From: Paramecium tetraurelia
Taxonomy: Eukaryota
Assembly: GCA_000165425.1 (NCBI GenBank)
Contig: CT868023.1
Location: 1 to 64,000, forward strand
Direction of reading: 5' to 3'
Length of the DNA: 64,000 bases
Part shown: one piece after another, positions 24,534 through 38,352 of the stretch
How the letters are laid out: every line of letters starts with the position of its first letter
Numbering within the stretch: position 1 is the stretch's first letter
Notes under the pieces: generated by a model
Told to the model about the DNA's origin: nothing
Databases searched by the model: none
What the model saw: only the letters and a program-made list of their open reading frames with translations
Made by a program: the position numbers and the translations under genes

Positions 24534-27192
24534 TCAAACATTTTAATTACTCCTATTTGATATAATACTGTCTTGATATTGTTTATAAGAGAGGAGAGCC
24601 TTATAATAGTATAAAAAAATACCAAATCTATATTATTTCTAGGATAATACTCATTATAGCTACAATTTTTATCCATAGATTAATTCATATCATATGATGG
24701 CATATCTAAAGGGTTACTCAAAAACTATTTTGCTGTTTCATTTGTAAATTTAGATGATTGTATACCATATCTTGAAAATTATCTATGATCAGAGCCTGGT
24801 AATAATCCATTACCGTGATCTTCACTTATAATTGATCTTGATTTTTAACTCTTTTTATCTTAAATTGTAGCATATTTAATTATCGATGGACTTAGGTCTA
24901 AGATATTTGAATTTCTAACCTCTTTCAATTTTGGTCACATGAGATTATCTCTTCTCTTGTTATCTTTTTTAATGAACCATGACACTATCTTTAGGCGATT
25001 TTATTTGTTGTGGCTGTTTTAATTCTTTTAAGACATAAGAACTCGCACTGCTTCCAACTTAGTTTACATATTAGACAGGACTCAAATTTTATACATACTA
25101 AGACATCTTATTGTGTTCTTCATCAGATTATTCAGAATGTTATTACTCTGATTACATTCCTATGCTTGTAATGGTCTTGGGAGGCTTGAAAGTGTCAGAT
25201 TACTGTAGCAATTGATGTCTAAAATCACAGACAATTTATTCTATCATGCTGTTATTTTTCATACATTTAAACTTTCTTGTATGATTTTTCTATATTTAAT
25301 ACAAATATATTTACTCTTTAATACTTTTTGCGTTTGTTGATTTCATCAAAATAAATAAAGTCCATCAATATTTATCTTGAAGGGACATAATGAGCATTCT
25401 TACAATTGTTGATTAGATGATTTCCTTTGCAAACTTGACATGTAACAGCAATTAATTGAAATTCCTGATTGAATTACACTCTATCTAAACCCATCTTTAT
25501 TTTTTCAAGTTCAGTAATACTTCTTTTGACCTCTTTCCAAAAATACTCTGAATTGATTTCTAATATCTTACAACAAGTAACACATTTAACACCAACTTCA
25601 GCCTATTATTCTAAAAAGAAGCCTTGCTGATTATAAATTCCATTATCATTAACATCAACTGGGAATTGCGTGTTTTCTCTTTGTTAATAACATTTGACTT
25701 TTCCAGATAGAATGAAATATAGAAATTTATTTTCTTAATTTACTTAAATTAGAATTTCATTGGGCTCCAAAATTCTTTCTTTGGAGGCATTCATTAATAT
25801 GTTTGAGATAGTTGTTTAAGTTAAACACTTTTCAAGCAAAGGTATTTTGTTTAAAACATTGGAATATTACGCATTTAATAATTTATTTGATAATTGATTA
25901 GGAAGTCTGTCATAATCTATAAGATTCCTTGTTTCCAATCTTGATAAAATCTATTTATTTGATATTGATAAACTTTCGTATCTAAGATGAAATGGCAATT
26001 AATGGATAATTCTAGAGAGTTCAATTAATCCTTGGGTCAATGTGTTTTAATTTCTATATAAATAATTAACATATTCTCCAATAAGAGTGAACTAATAGAT
26101 TATGAATATGATGACTGTAATTTTAATTGGATATATTAGATTAGATTGGTTATTAGTTATAATTAGAATATTGATCAAACTGCAATAGTTTTGATAAAAT
26201 TCATCCAAATTCAATTGTTATTAATTGGCTTGAGTAGTAACTAGCAGGAATCCAAATATGGTTTAAAAGAAATGAATTTGTGATATCCTTACAGTAAAGA
26301 AATATAGTGAGTATATCCTTAAACATATAGCAATTGAGAGCAGTTGTTTGAATATGGAATAGAACTTGTAGATTGTAACGAGGTGGATGATTTGCATGAA
26401 AATAACTTATTAACTAAGATGATAGATAAGATTACTTGATATCGATTAATGCGCAAATAAAGGGAATAAAAGTAGTCAAAGGCAGGTAATCAAAAAACTA
26501 AACAGTGCCTTAGGTGTTCAAAATAAACAATATGAAGTTTATAAACAATAGTGGAAGTTGTGTTTGTAATTGATATGCTTATTTATAATCAGAGCCAGCA
26601 ATTCCACATAGGAGGAGTGGAAATTAATACAAATAATAGATGTATAGGATAATTTAAACAACAATAATAGCAGGTTTGATATTTACTTTGATATCCTATT
26701 TATTGTCTACTTCAGTATAAGCTTTGTCCCCCAAGTACATCCCAAATTTGTTACATTAATCATCATCTCTCGATGTACCTGGATGTGTAAAGATCCAACT
26801 CCAATGAACTGGTTCTCTGATGATGATGTCATTGATATCTGGGGGTTTCTCTTTTATTAAACTCTCAAAAGCCTTATGATCTGATTATTCATTCACACTC
26901 GATTCTTCATTAATTAGATTCAATTGAGTTGCTCTGCCATCCAATACTCCTGGTGTACAAAGTGGTGATTTCTACAGATTATGAGTGCCTATTCTAATTT
27001 AATGGAAGTTCTAATACTAAGTGGAGAGTCGATTGGATTGAGAGAACTATTTAAATCAGTAGGTCTTCGAACTTACATGATTGGTTAAGAATTCAGGGAG
27101 TTGATTTGTTGAAGTACAGGTACATTAATATTGTTGGAAGTGTCATTCACAGAGATTTCTGATTTTGAACAATTTTTACGGTACGAACTCAT
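24534..27192 (-). CDS. Divergent CNBD-channel-like protein lacking a recognisable GYG pore
   Basis: TM segments followed by C-linker/CNBD (ILEPNEILIQ..LYFILSGKVKC), CQVCKGNHLINNC motif and a DKNCSYNEYYPRNNID tail resembling the channel at 16673; several short introns. Confidence 0.75.
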
Positions 27193-28154
27193 TATTATTT
27201 AATTATATTAGTCAATGTCATTAGAACAATACCATGTAGCTATTTCAATTGAGATTAGACATCATTTTCTTCATTATCTTCGAACATGAAAGGCATAGGT
27301 TCAGTTTCATACATCTGTTTTCCACTTGCAAAATTATTTCTATGATTAAATTTCTTTTTCAAAGAATTCCAATATTTTCATTTGTTTATTCAACTTAGAA
27401 CTCCCACCCAACACTAATATTAGTTTCATCCTCTCTTCTTTTAAAGAACCTATTCTGGTTAATATCGTTTGCAATCTCTTTTGTTATTATTCGTCTTTCG
27501 CATATAACTTTCTAGTTTATTATCTTCCTTCCATAAATTTATCAAGATTTAAATAGATAACTAAATTGCATTCAAGTTATCTCGCTCTTCAATTCTAATG
27601 TTAACTAATGAATTTTTATTCTTCAAATCTTTCGAAAATAAAGTCTGTAATACGATGAAAAGGTAATCCTTAAAAAATTATAAACATCTATAAAATGTGT
27701 TAATCAATAAGTATGAAAAAGAACATAGAGAATTGAATAAGAATTGTCTGACAGCTTAGGAACTTTAAATTTCATATTTATATTTAGATTAATTAAGTAA
27801 ATATTTTTCAAAAATCTTACAATTATATAAAATTGAAACTATACCAATTTTAGTAGTCTTGACATAAGAAATGATAGATCAATGATTCAGAATGCAAAAA
27901 AATTAATTTCATAATTTAAGTACCGAAAGATATAATGATGAGATTAAATATCCTAACATTTTATTATGATTATTTTCATACTTTGATTTAAATAATAGGG
28001 ATTTTTATTTTAAAAAAATTTTTTAATGAAGACAACATAAAGAAGGATAATAAGATGAGTGATGGAATAGAGTGCTTAATTGGGGAAATATCTAAAGAGC
28101 ATTAATTTTTGAACATATTGATTTATGAATTGATTGCATCAATTATGTCAGAGA

Positions 28155-31141
28155 TCATGTGAAGCTTTTTTCAGGAATATAATATGCTTTTTATGTGACT
28201 TTGGTTTTCAAATTCTCATCACACAAATAATTTAATGGGAAAGTTACGGCATGACCTTTAATATACTACTTTAATTTTTCGTATTCTTCTAAGCGTTTTG
28301 TTGCTCTGAACTAAAAATAATAAAATAATTTCGTACCGTTTCAATATCCTTTTACTTCTTAATATCGTCGTCTGGAATACAAGCAAATATTTCTTTATAA
28401 ACTCTTGTATTAATGCTAGCTTATGCAGTTGATTCTTTTTCGAATTATAAACTCAAAGGATCGATGACTTTTTCATAAGGCATATCAAAATGCTCCATAT
28501 AAAGCTCTGTACGTAGAGTGTGCGCAAATTTAGATGTTTTATATGGTTTCCCATCCATGATAGCATTAACTTTTACCTAATCTTCAACAATTATAGCAAG
28601 TTCTGAATCTCTCGTTCCTAATAGACTTCTATCATTAATATTTGCAGATCCAATTAATGCTATATCATCATCAATAATCATTAATTTGGAATGAATATAT
28701 ATCATTTCAGTTACAGGCACTGAATTAGGGTATGGAGATAGTTCATGTTATCTTAAGCTGAAGAATTAAATGTAATTTTCTGGGTTAATCCCATCTGATT
28801 GTAATGATTCAATTATTGATTTACCCCCTCTACATATGGTTTGATATTCAAAATGTAAAATAATATTAACGAGAGCGGTTTCTGATTCCTAAAATCCTGG
28901 TAACAGTGGAAGAAAGACAATAACTTTAAATCTCTATTACTTTTCATGTGCTTCTTTGATCCTAGAAATGAGGGCTTAGGCCACTAAATTTCTCACAGAA
29001 TTGCCAGCCGTATTACTAATAAAGAATTGATTTTCAATATATATGAAATGTTTTGCCTTTTAAATTAATGAGAGATAGGCAGATTAAATAGATCTCTCAG
29101 TTTATATTATGCCATTTGACCAGGTACCAGATGATCTTGTTAACTATGTTATGCAACGTTCTATAATTGTATAAGGAGAAAATACATTAATTTTATTTGA
29201 TTTCAATATGAGGAATGAAATACTTTATCTCAATTTGGCCGTTTACTTCTTCAGGCATTTTTTCAACTTTTGAAGAAGATTTGTTACATTAACTATGGCT
29301 TTTTTTTTCCTTTTTATTATATTCACTTTCTAAAATATATTAATCATCCTCCTCATCTTCAATCTCGTCTTATGTTTCCATGAAAATCTTTTAATTCTTT
29401 TAACAAATTTCGAACTCTTTTTATTACTATTAAATGAATGATTGTTCACAGAATTACTATTCAGATTAAGTGTCATTTAATTAAGCAGTTTAATTCATTT
29501 CTATTTAATCTTAATACGTCTATATTTCATCTACAAAAATATTTTGCTTCATCTGAATATTAGATTCTTCCCTTCCCGCTTAAACAACATTTTAAGTATT
29601 GGAAACTACAAATCCTTCCATCTTCAAATCGTTAGCATGTAATAAATGATACTTCTTATAGTCTTCTTGAGATAAAATTACATGATTCCAATATTCAGCA
29701 AAATGCCTTGATAAGTCTATTACTGAATCTCCTTTAATCTCTATAATAATATAATATTTTTCTTACAAATTGCTATATCATGCCACGGCATTCTTGGTTC
29801 ATTTTCTTTTAGAAGAGTTTATTAATATTTTTTTACTTCATAGAAATCTCTAACTCTAGAATTTGAAAAATCAATTTAAGGCCACAATTATTCAAAAGGA
29901 TGAACTTCAAATAAAGGATGCTTTTAATTATCCCATCTTCCAAAACATAAATCTAAACCACCCATAAATCCAATTTTTTAATCTATTACTACCATTTTTT
30001 CATGATGAGAAGATGATCTTGGCACTTTTGGGTGTTTTAAAACCCTAATATTTGGAGACATACTCTCTAATTAAATTTTCGAATGTTATGGATCATTAGG
30101 TAAGATAAATGTTAAGCAATTGTACAATAATACCAAAATCTAAACTCCTTTATCAGCAGCCATTTTTAATATATTATCAAGCCTAGTATGAAGAAATTCA
30201 CTCTCCTAAGCATATGTTCTTAAATCTACCGGTCTTTTTAGATACAGTTCTGGACTTAACCACCAATCAGTAATGTAGATGGTTTCCTTTGCTTGCAAAA
30301 TAGCATCACAAACATCCTCAAAATATTTATTTCCATCAATATACCATTTGCATTCTGAAGTCCTTATTGGAGAGAAAGATTAGAATCTATGCAATTTTGT
30401 ATATGGACTTTCTTAGATTTATTTAGAAAGAGAATAGGCAAAGTCTAAAAGGTCTGTAATGTGTTCAGAAGTTAAATATAATCGCATCTATGGAAGGGAG
30501 ATTAAGATGATAGTACCAAGCAATATCACGTCTAAAACACAAAATGCCATAAGATAACTAAAACTTAGGCATGCTTCAATTATTAATTTTTTCTTTTCAG
30601 GTCCTTTTACATACAATAGGGATTGCTAAGTTATTATAAAATATTTCTTTTTTGATTGTGTCAATGTTTATATGGGGTTAAACAATCTTTATTTTCCAAA
30701 TAAATTCAATTCCATAAAGCCTTCTTTCGCTTTGAATGGCAAATTGATACAAGAGATCTCTAAAAATGTTAATACACATTATGGAATGATCTCATTGTTA
30801 GTGATCAACTTTAAGAATTTATGGAGTTGAATCAATGTAATTTTTGGATCATTCTTTTCCAAATCAGATGAAATTTACTTTTTTTGAGCAATATCATGCT
30901 CTAATTTTTTAAATTAATTAATGGTTCTTCTTATTTCCCAACTTTAACCATCATATATCACCTTGAATAAATATACTCTCTCCTTTAGTTACTTTTCGTG
31001 GTTTTTTTCAAATGTTGGAGTATATGACGGTTTCTCGAGAGAATCAAATAATTCTTTCATAGTACTATGACTAATGGGTTAAACATCTATTTTATTATAT
31101 TGGATTTCCCTAAATCTAGGTTGATTTTAAGTATCGCTCAT
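28155..31141 (-). CDS. Phospholipase D (PLD1/2-type, two HKD motifs)
   Basis: [96 protein letters not shown]. Confidence 0.96.
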
Positions 31142-31679
31142 TTAATTAAAATTAATGAAATTGTTCTTAGAATATTTCGGATTTCTCATTTATATTCATA
31201 TATAGTATTTCTTTTAATTGCAAAAATCTAATTCGTTATTCAAAATATTATGTTAATCTTTCACAATACAATAATCAGAAACTCTGGAATACTCTCTATT
31301 CTTTTTAGGTGTTGTGTTCAAAAAATAATCTGAAAATCCCTCTCCTTTTTTTGTTTTCCTTTTCATTTCTTTATCATATGGAACAGATAATCAATTCATG
31401 GACTCATAATTGATACCGATTATTAAAAGAATTCTTATAAAAGAGATTTTACTCCTAGAATTGGCTTGATAGAGGTAAAACCTTCTGAGAAATTAATTTT
31501 TTCTAGAAAATTTGGACTTCGACTGTTGAAAGACCTTCCAAGAAAGAGAAATTCTTTAAAAGTCTATCAGTCTATCAGAAATGAGTCTAAAAATTGCTAA
31601 GCGTATAAATAATATTAATGAAAGGATTTATATGAGATAAAAAGTTATATATTAATCATAATTCTAAATTATAAATTGA

Positions 31680-32628
31680 ATGGGCAATCAATAACAAATA
31701 TTGAAATTGACAAAGACCAAATAATTTAAACGTAAGAGATCTACTAATTAAATAGCAAACTCTGTCATTGTAATCACAGGAGCTTCAAGTGGAATTGGAC
31801 GAGAGTTAGCATTACAATATGCCACCAGAGGAGTCAAGTATAGAGAATACTAAATTGATTTAGATTAATGTTGGCTGCGAGATCAGAAGAAGAATTATAG
31901 CAAGTTTGTGCATTATGTGAATAACTGGGATCTAGAGCTCACTATAAGATCACAGATGTATCTAAAGAAGAGGACTGCAAGTATTGAATAATTTAAGAAT
32001 GAGAGATTGTTGATAGAGGAGACAGTGAGAATATACAATAGAATTGATATTGTAGTGCTGAATGCAGGAGTCAATGCTCATTCATTTTTTGAAGAATTCA
32101 AAGACTTATCAGTTTTCAAGAAAATAATGGATGTCAATTTTTATGGATATGTATATTGTACTAAGTGAGCATTATAACACATATACAATTAGATATGCAT
32201 TACCACATATAAGAAAGAGTTCAGGCTAGTTTGTTGTAATGTCTTCGATTTCAGGGGAGATTGGCCTACCTTACAGAGTGCCATATTGCAGCTCAAAATT
32301 TGCTGTAACAGGGTTTTTTGAAGCACTTAGAACAGAATTGGAAGATTTCAATGTAGCAATAACAATAGTGTGTCCTCCAAGTGTACGCACTCCAATGAGG
32401 GATCATGATTTATTAAAGAAGCATTCACCTAAGGATGAGAGTGAGGATAGAATTACGATATCAGAATGTGTGTCTATGATTTTAGATGCAGCAGACAGAA
32501 GGGCTCGCAAAGTATAGATTTATTTTGAGTAGATCTTCTTCCCGTTTAAAGCTTACATGAGTGTGTATGTGAGACCTATCTTTCCTGATTTTGTGGATAA
32601 GAGATTAAAATAGAAGGCTAAGTTGTGA
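31680..32628 (+). CDS. Short-chain dehydrogenase/reductase (DHRS7-like), C-terminal AKL
   Basis: VITGASSGIG, LNAG, YCSSKFA catalytic motif; four short introns; ends QKAKL*. Confidence 0.93.
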
Positions 32629-32658
32629 GAATAAAAACAAATTGTCATTATATAATTA

Positions 32659-33369
32659 TCATAGTCTTTTTTTACCACATGAACCACAGTATTTGTGATT
32701 GTTGGCGAATTTACTGCCACAATTAGTGCAGAAGATACTACGTTGAAATTTATTTCCACTATTCATGCGTATACAAAGATTGATATGCTTTTCATATGCT
32801 TTTTGTTCAAATGTCTTCTAACATTGGGGACACTTAACTATTGGCACTGAACGTGATAATATATTTTCAACTCTTTGTTTTATTTTGGGCAGGAAGGATG
32901 GCTGACTTGAGGATAGTTCTTATATCAGAGTTTCCTCTGCTTCTTCTTCTTCATTTATTTGGGCCACCACTTTATATTTCTCTAGTGCTTTCGTTCTGGT
33001 CTAACAAGTGTGTGTCTTTAGATTTCTATATTTCTTATGACAATTTGGACATGGCAATGAAGTAGGTTGTGTGTGCAAGGTTTAAGTTTTTTATTTCTTG
33101 GATTTCTTTACAAAGGGATGTTCAGCTGTACAACTACGTAAGTGTAATGTTAGACGACCCTCGAAGAATTATCGTTTGCAATAAGGACATTGTTCTTTCG
33201 GAATCATCTCTATCTAAGTATCTACAGGTGTAAATGGTCTCTCAATTTGTTCGTCTAATTGTTCTTTATCAAATGAATTATTGACAGCTTATATTGTGGA
33301 TTTTGATATGGCATCCTCATCAAAGAACTCATTCTTCTCATTATCAGTGGGCAATGTTAATTTGTTCAT
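32659..33369 (-). CDS. C2HC zinc-finger protein with C-terminal zinc ribbon (ZC2HC1-like)
   Basis: CPYCKRQF..LHLRSC; CPNCHKKY; CPQCQKTF..KHINLC; FCTNCGSKF..KYCGSCGKKRL*. Confidence 0.82.
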
Positions 33370-33379
33370 TAATTTATAT

Positions 33380-35216
33380 ATGCTAATCAAGAGATTAAGT
33401 AACGCCATAGCCAAGTATAGATTCTGCAAAGAAATTCTTGATTTTGCCAAACCCAATCCCATCAAACAACAACTCACCTAACATCCTCTCAATTATATGG
33501 TCGTACATCCAATAGGCTCTCAAAACAAAGGTCCTGAATTGGAATTCTATATGGCCGAAGAAGCCATTGGTTTCTCAAAACAATTGAATTGGACTCTTGT
33601 TAAGGGATCTTTTGAGTGGAACAATTAAACTAAAATTAAAGACATGAACACCAGTCAAGAAAAAATTCATTAGGATTAATAAGATAATCAATCACAAAAG
33701 TAAAGGGAATAGTAAGAATTCCAAGAAGATGATCTAGGACAGGAATGGGGAAATTACATTACTGGAAATTCCATTGTCAAATCATCCCTTGTCAAATTGC
33801 CTAGTATTCATTCTACCACATTCTTCACAAAAGCTAAACTTTCTATGTTAGGACAACATATTTAATCAAAAGGAGTTAATGCTGTGTTTATAAATCATGA
33901 ATTAACATCATTGCAAACTAGAAATTTGAAAAAAGTATGGACCTAATATTCAAGAGGAGAAATAGCATCTGCTTTTACAGAAGATGTCATTGATAATGAT
34001 GAGAATAATAAAAATGCAGAAGAGTAAGCAAAATCTGATTCTGAAGGTCTTTCTGTTTAGGTTTATGATCGATTCACTATGCTTTTATTATTATTTGCCA
34101 AAAGATCTACATAAGGTATTTCAAAATTGCAAGTCGAACTAACATTTCTCAAATTCGCTAAGGCAAAATTAGAAACAGGAGATAGTAGCCTTTAAACACT
34201 TGCTTCAATCTTTAAAGAACAATTAATGGTGGCTAAAGAAATTGATTTTGAAATTCTCTCTGCTAAGCAAAAGAAAAATTAAGGAAAAAATAATGAATAC
34301 AGAGAAAATGAACTTTTATTACAAAGAAGAATTATAGATGATAAAATAGAAAAAGTCAAATAACTCATTGAAGAAGATAATTAATCAAGATTAAAAATTA
34401 AACGCAAAATTCATGCTCATACTATTCCCAAGATTGCATTGATTGGATTTACAAATGCTGGTAAGGCTTAGTTATTAAACTGTATATTATAAAAAGATGA
34501 GACTGAGAGTAAAGATTAAATATCTTAAATACTGAGTACTAATCAAAAATCTGTAAGACTAGCCTCAGGATAGAAAGCAATTATACTAAATACTATTGGA
34601 TTCATCACGGATCTACCGCAGGATTTCATAGAAGTATTTAAGTCTACTCTAGGAGAAGTAGAAGATGCTGATATAGTGTTACATATTAGGGACATCTCGC
34701 ATCCGCATAGTGAGAAGTAAAAGCAAGTTGTCTATGGTGTCCTTAAGGATTTAGGATTTAACTAAGATTTCTTCAATTAGAAAATGGTAACTTTGCATAT
34801 TTATCTAGATTGAAGTATGGAATAAAATCGATTTGATGAAACACTCCTTAGATTATGATTAGATTGAATCTTATGATTATCCCATCGTACCTACAAGCGC
34901 ACTTATGAATATTAACATTCAAAAGCTTCTTTAAGTTATGGAGGAAAAATCTAACTATATTATGAATAAGAAGCTATACAGATTAAAATATAATATAGAC
35001 TAACATTTTGAAAGGCTTAGATGGCTATATGATGTTGGTAATATTTCAGGAGTAAAGAATGAAGTGCAAAAGCTTCCTATTAAGAGGGGAGATCCTACAA
35101 TTATAGAGTACGATGTCATCATAGATGAAGTCACTTACAATAGATACATAGCCACCTTTTAACCTGAAATAAGAATTAAAAAGGATTAAGGAATCTCTCC
35201 AAAAGGTTGGAAATGA
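33380..35216 (+). CDS. HflX/GTPBP6-family GTPase with degenerate G motifs, probable mitochondrial presequence
   Basis: QTRNL, VYDRFTMLLLLFAKRS, ISKLQVEL, IALIGFTNAGK, GFITDLP, FKSTLGEVEDADIVLHIRDISHP, VWNKID. Confidence 0.88.
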
Positions 35217-35716
35217 CTTGTGTATATTTTCTTAAATAATATTAAATTATAATTGTATTTTCTGAAGAGACACCATCTAACTTGGTAGCAAAGTACTACT
35301 TTCATAAGTTTTGAATTCAAATCTTCTGGATAATACTTTTTAATTCAAATCTGAAAATAAATAATTAATTAATAATCGATTTTATATTAAAAATTAATTT
35401 TTTTTTAGAAAGAACAAAAATATGTTCATCATTCTTGAAATTAAATCGTAGCAAATTTCACTAGCTTGCTTGAATTCTTAATCTTCATTAAAAATATGGA
35501 GTTATTTTACTAATATTCGTTGAAGGCCGAAAATTAAATTCGTGGTTTAGAGAGAATTAATCTTTGCATGAAGAACTGAAATTTTAAATTCGTTTATCAT
35601 CTATTACTTATTACATAGATCTAATTCGTATTTTGATTTATTAATATATTAATTATTCTAAAGCATTTATTAAACATTAAAATTATAGAAATCTCACTTT
35701 TAGATATATTTATATT

Positions 35717-36082
35717 TCATAATAATTCAGTCAAAATAGTCATTACTTATAAAATTGGAATAATAATCATAATGATTTATAAAAGATTGAATTGTCTCTT
35801 TTTTGGTTATTTTTTATTATTGAGCATGATGGTCTTTGAAGTTGAAATAATCTTTTAAATTTCCCTTTGTTTGAAAAAATACTATTTAATCTCTTTAGCA
35901 GTATTAGAATAGTGGTATTTATCGAGGGTTTTGCGTGTTTATCTAGTATGATAGGGATATTCCTCTAATTTATCATAATCTTTTTGCCTTTTTTAGAATT
36001 CTTCAAAAGTTTCAGAATCTAAATAAGAAACTGCATTATTTTTGAAGCTATTTAGATTATGTATTAAGAATTCGGATTGCAT
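35717..36082 (-). CDS. Hypothetical 121-aa protein with C-terminal hydrophobic segment
   Basis: Uninterrupted ORF MQSEFLIHNLNSFKNN...FNLLQIIMIIIPILQVMTILTELL*. Confidence 0.55.
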
Positions 36083-36349
36083 GTTTATCTAGTTCTAATT
36101 CAAGATGATGTAAAAGTTAGATGTAAATGATATATACAACATAATTTTAGGTATCTTTAGTTATATAGAGATATGGACAAAAATGAAATGGAAATGTTTG
36201 ATTAAGCTGGAAAGAATGATTTATGATGGATTGTTAAATTTTAGAAACAAAAAGAATATCTTTAATTTTTTGGTATGTTTTAAACATTTAAATATATTAA
36301 ATATAATAGATGGATTGAATTTTGTATAATTTTAATGTTGTTCATTCAT

Positions 36350-38342
36350 TCAATCATTCCCAATTGTTTGTAACATTTCGATGATTTCTTCAATTGCTAC
36401 ATCATTGAGATTTTGAACTTTAATTTTTTTACTCTTAATTTCAATAGCGTTCTCGTAAGGTGTGTTACCCCATCGATCTCTTTCGCTAAAGTTGAACTTG
36501 GCAGTAAATCTCAAAAATCGGATAATTTTTGAGTTGGTTGCCATAACAGCCATGTGGCCTATGTTTCTGCTATCCACATTCACGAATTCATTAAGATTCT
36601 TAATACCTCCATGAAATATGAGTTCTAGAATTTATAAATCTCCTTTCAGTCCAGCAGTCAGTATAAGATCCACCATTACCTAATGAGGTGCTTCGATTAC
36701 TCCTCCATTTTGTTAAAAGAAGAGAATCAATTCTTTATCCCTTGATATGAGGATGTCATACATAGGGGAATACCCAAGGTAATCAACAGGATTTATATTA
36801 ACATGGACTTCTTCAATTAAATACTTAATAATTTCTATTTATTTTGAAGCAGCAGCTAAATGAAGAATAGTTCTGCCATCAAAATCTGGAATGTTAAGAT
36901 TTCCTTCGTTTTTTCTAAGATCTTTAATTAAATCCAATTATCCTGTGGTAGCCAAAAAGCAACCTAAATTTGGTATGATATATTTATTCATAATATCCAT
37001 GTTCTGACTAATCTATTCATCTCCTGAAGTCTTTTACAGAGTTTCTAAGATAGTTTAAATGAAATGTTATTTCTGACCCTCAAATTTTTCAAATTGTCTA
37101 ACTGATTCTGTTTCCCCCTATAAATTTTATGGAAATTTCTCAATAATTTCCTAATTCGTAAATCCCTTTCCAAGGAGATATCCAATCTTTGCCAAGGCAC
37201 TCTCAGGAGTGATATCATATTAGACGATGATGCCATTCATTATCTTTTTAAAATTCTTGATTGGTTATCCTTTGATACATTGGGATATTTAAATTAAGAT
37301 GATTCCCTTTGAAGATTGAGCTTGCAATAAGGCATTATATAAATCTTAGTTATGGGGCATTTCACCAAAATGATAGCATTCCAAAATACAGCATCTTAAA
37401 TTAGGTGTACTGAATATATGTTTGATGTGTTCAACACTTGTGAATGGAGTGATCTTTAAAATAATGACATCTGTTATGAATTGAGGTGATAACTCAAGTG
37501 TGCTTTCTTCACTGCTAAACATTTGTTCTCCTCTTCGTAAAACTAAGTGCCATTTGATGTCGATGTTGATTCCAAATTCAACCAGATTGGGAAAATTTGG
37601 ACTTTCAACACAATCAAGGGAATCACATTTCAATTATCGACATCTGTTGGCTCTATAAGCTGTGGTCCATAACGATAAGCACTTCTGGGATGAGAAAGTG
37701 TCCAGCCAAGATCAGAGAGTCAAGGATATTTTGGAAGGCATCATTACGCATAAAGGACAAGGGAATCAAGGAACCTGTGATAACAACTGTTTTTTATAGG
37801 TTTTCAAGCATAAAAGACAGGTTGGTACCAAGATAAGTTATTGTTGCAATTCCGCTTAGAATTACAAATGCACTAAATTTCTCATAGTTTTCCTTTATTA
37901 TCTCAGCAATGTGTCTGATATCTGCATAGGACTAAAGTTAGATGACTTAAACTTACAGTTTATCTTGAGTTTGTAATTTAATCAAGCTCCATCACCTTAT
38001 AAACTGTCCTTCTTCCATATTCAGAAACGGGTGTTGTCAAGCAACCATCTTAGTTGTGATACTATTTATGATATTCACAAATACTTGTGTGTATTCCAGA
38101 TCACAAAGAAAGGATATGTGTTTCATTCGTTATTCTAGTCTTCCTTTGACAACAGTCATGTGTTATTCATTAAGTTCACCTTCTGCTGCTGTTGCTCCTG
38201 AAGCATAGAGCAGGAGGACCTTACGATCATTAAGAACCTATAGGTTTTGGTTGGCTCCAATAGCTCCAGTTATTTGCGAAAGAGTGGAATCTCGTCTAGA
38301 TTCTCTTCTTCGAAATATTGGAGATTCTGTGTCCGAACTCAT
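36350..38342 (-). CDS. L-asparaginase-like protein with C-terminal ankyrin repeats (ASPG/60-kDa lysophospholipase architecture); catalytic motifs degenerate, apparent frameshift near 37660
   Basis: LSFMLENLQKTVVITGSLIPL..RNDA..N, IPEV, SPNFPNLVEFG; ankyrin motifs DFDGRTILHLAAS and DRWGNTP. Confidence 0.85.
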
Positions 38343-38352
38343 TTTATTTTTA

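Noticed and set aside
27189..27730. Short minus-strand ORF (MEGRQQTRKLYAKDEQ...) upstream of the divergent channel
   Set aside because: Could not build a consistent gene model or decide whether it is an independent gene
31190..31600. Minus-strand coding-like segment with an 8-bp tandem duplication (GTCTATCA)
   Set aside because: Multiple in-frame TGAs and no start; probable decayed gene, too weak to call
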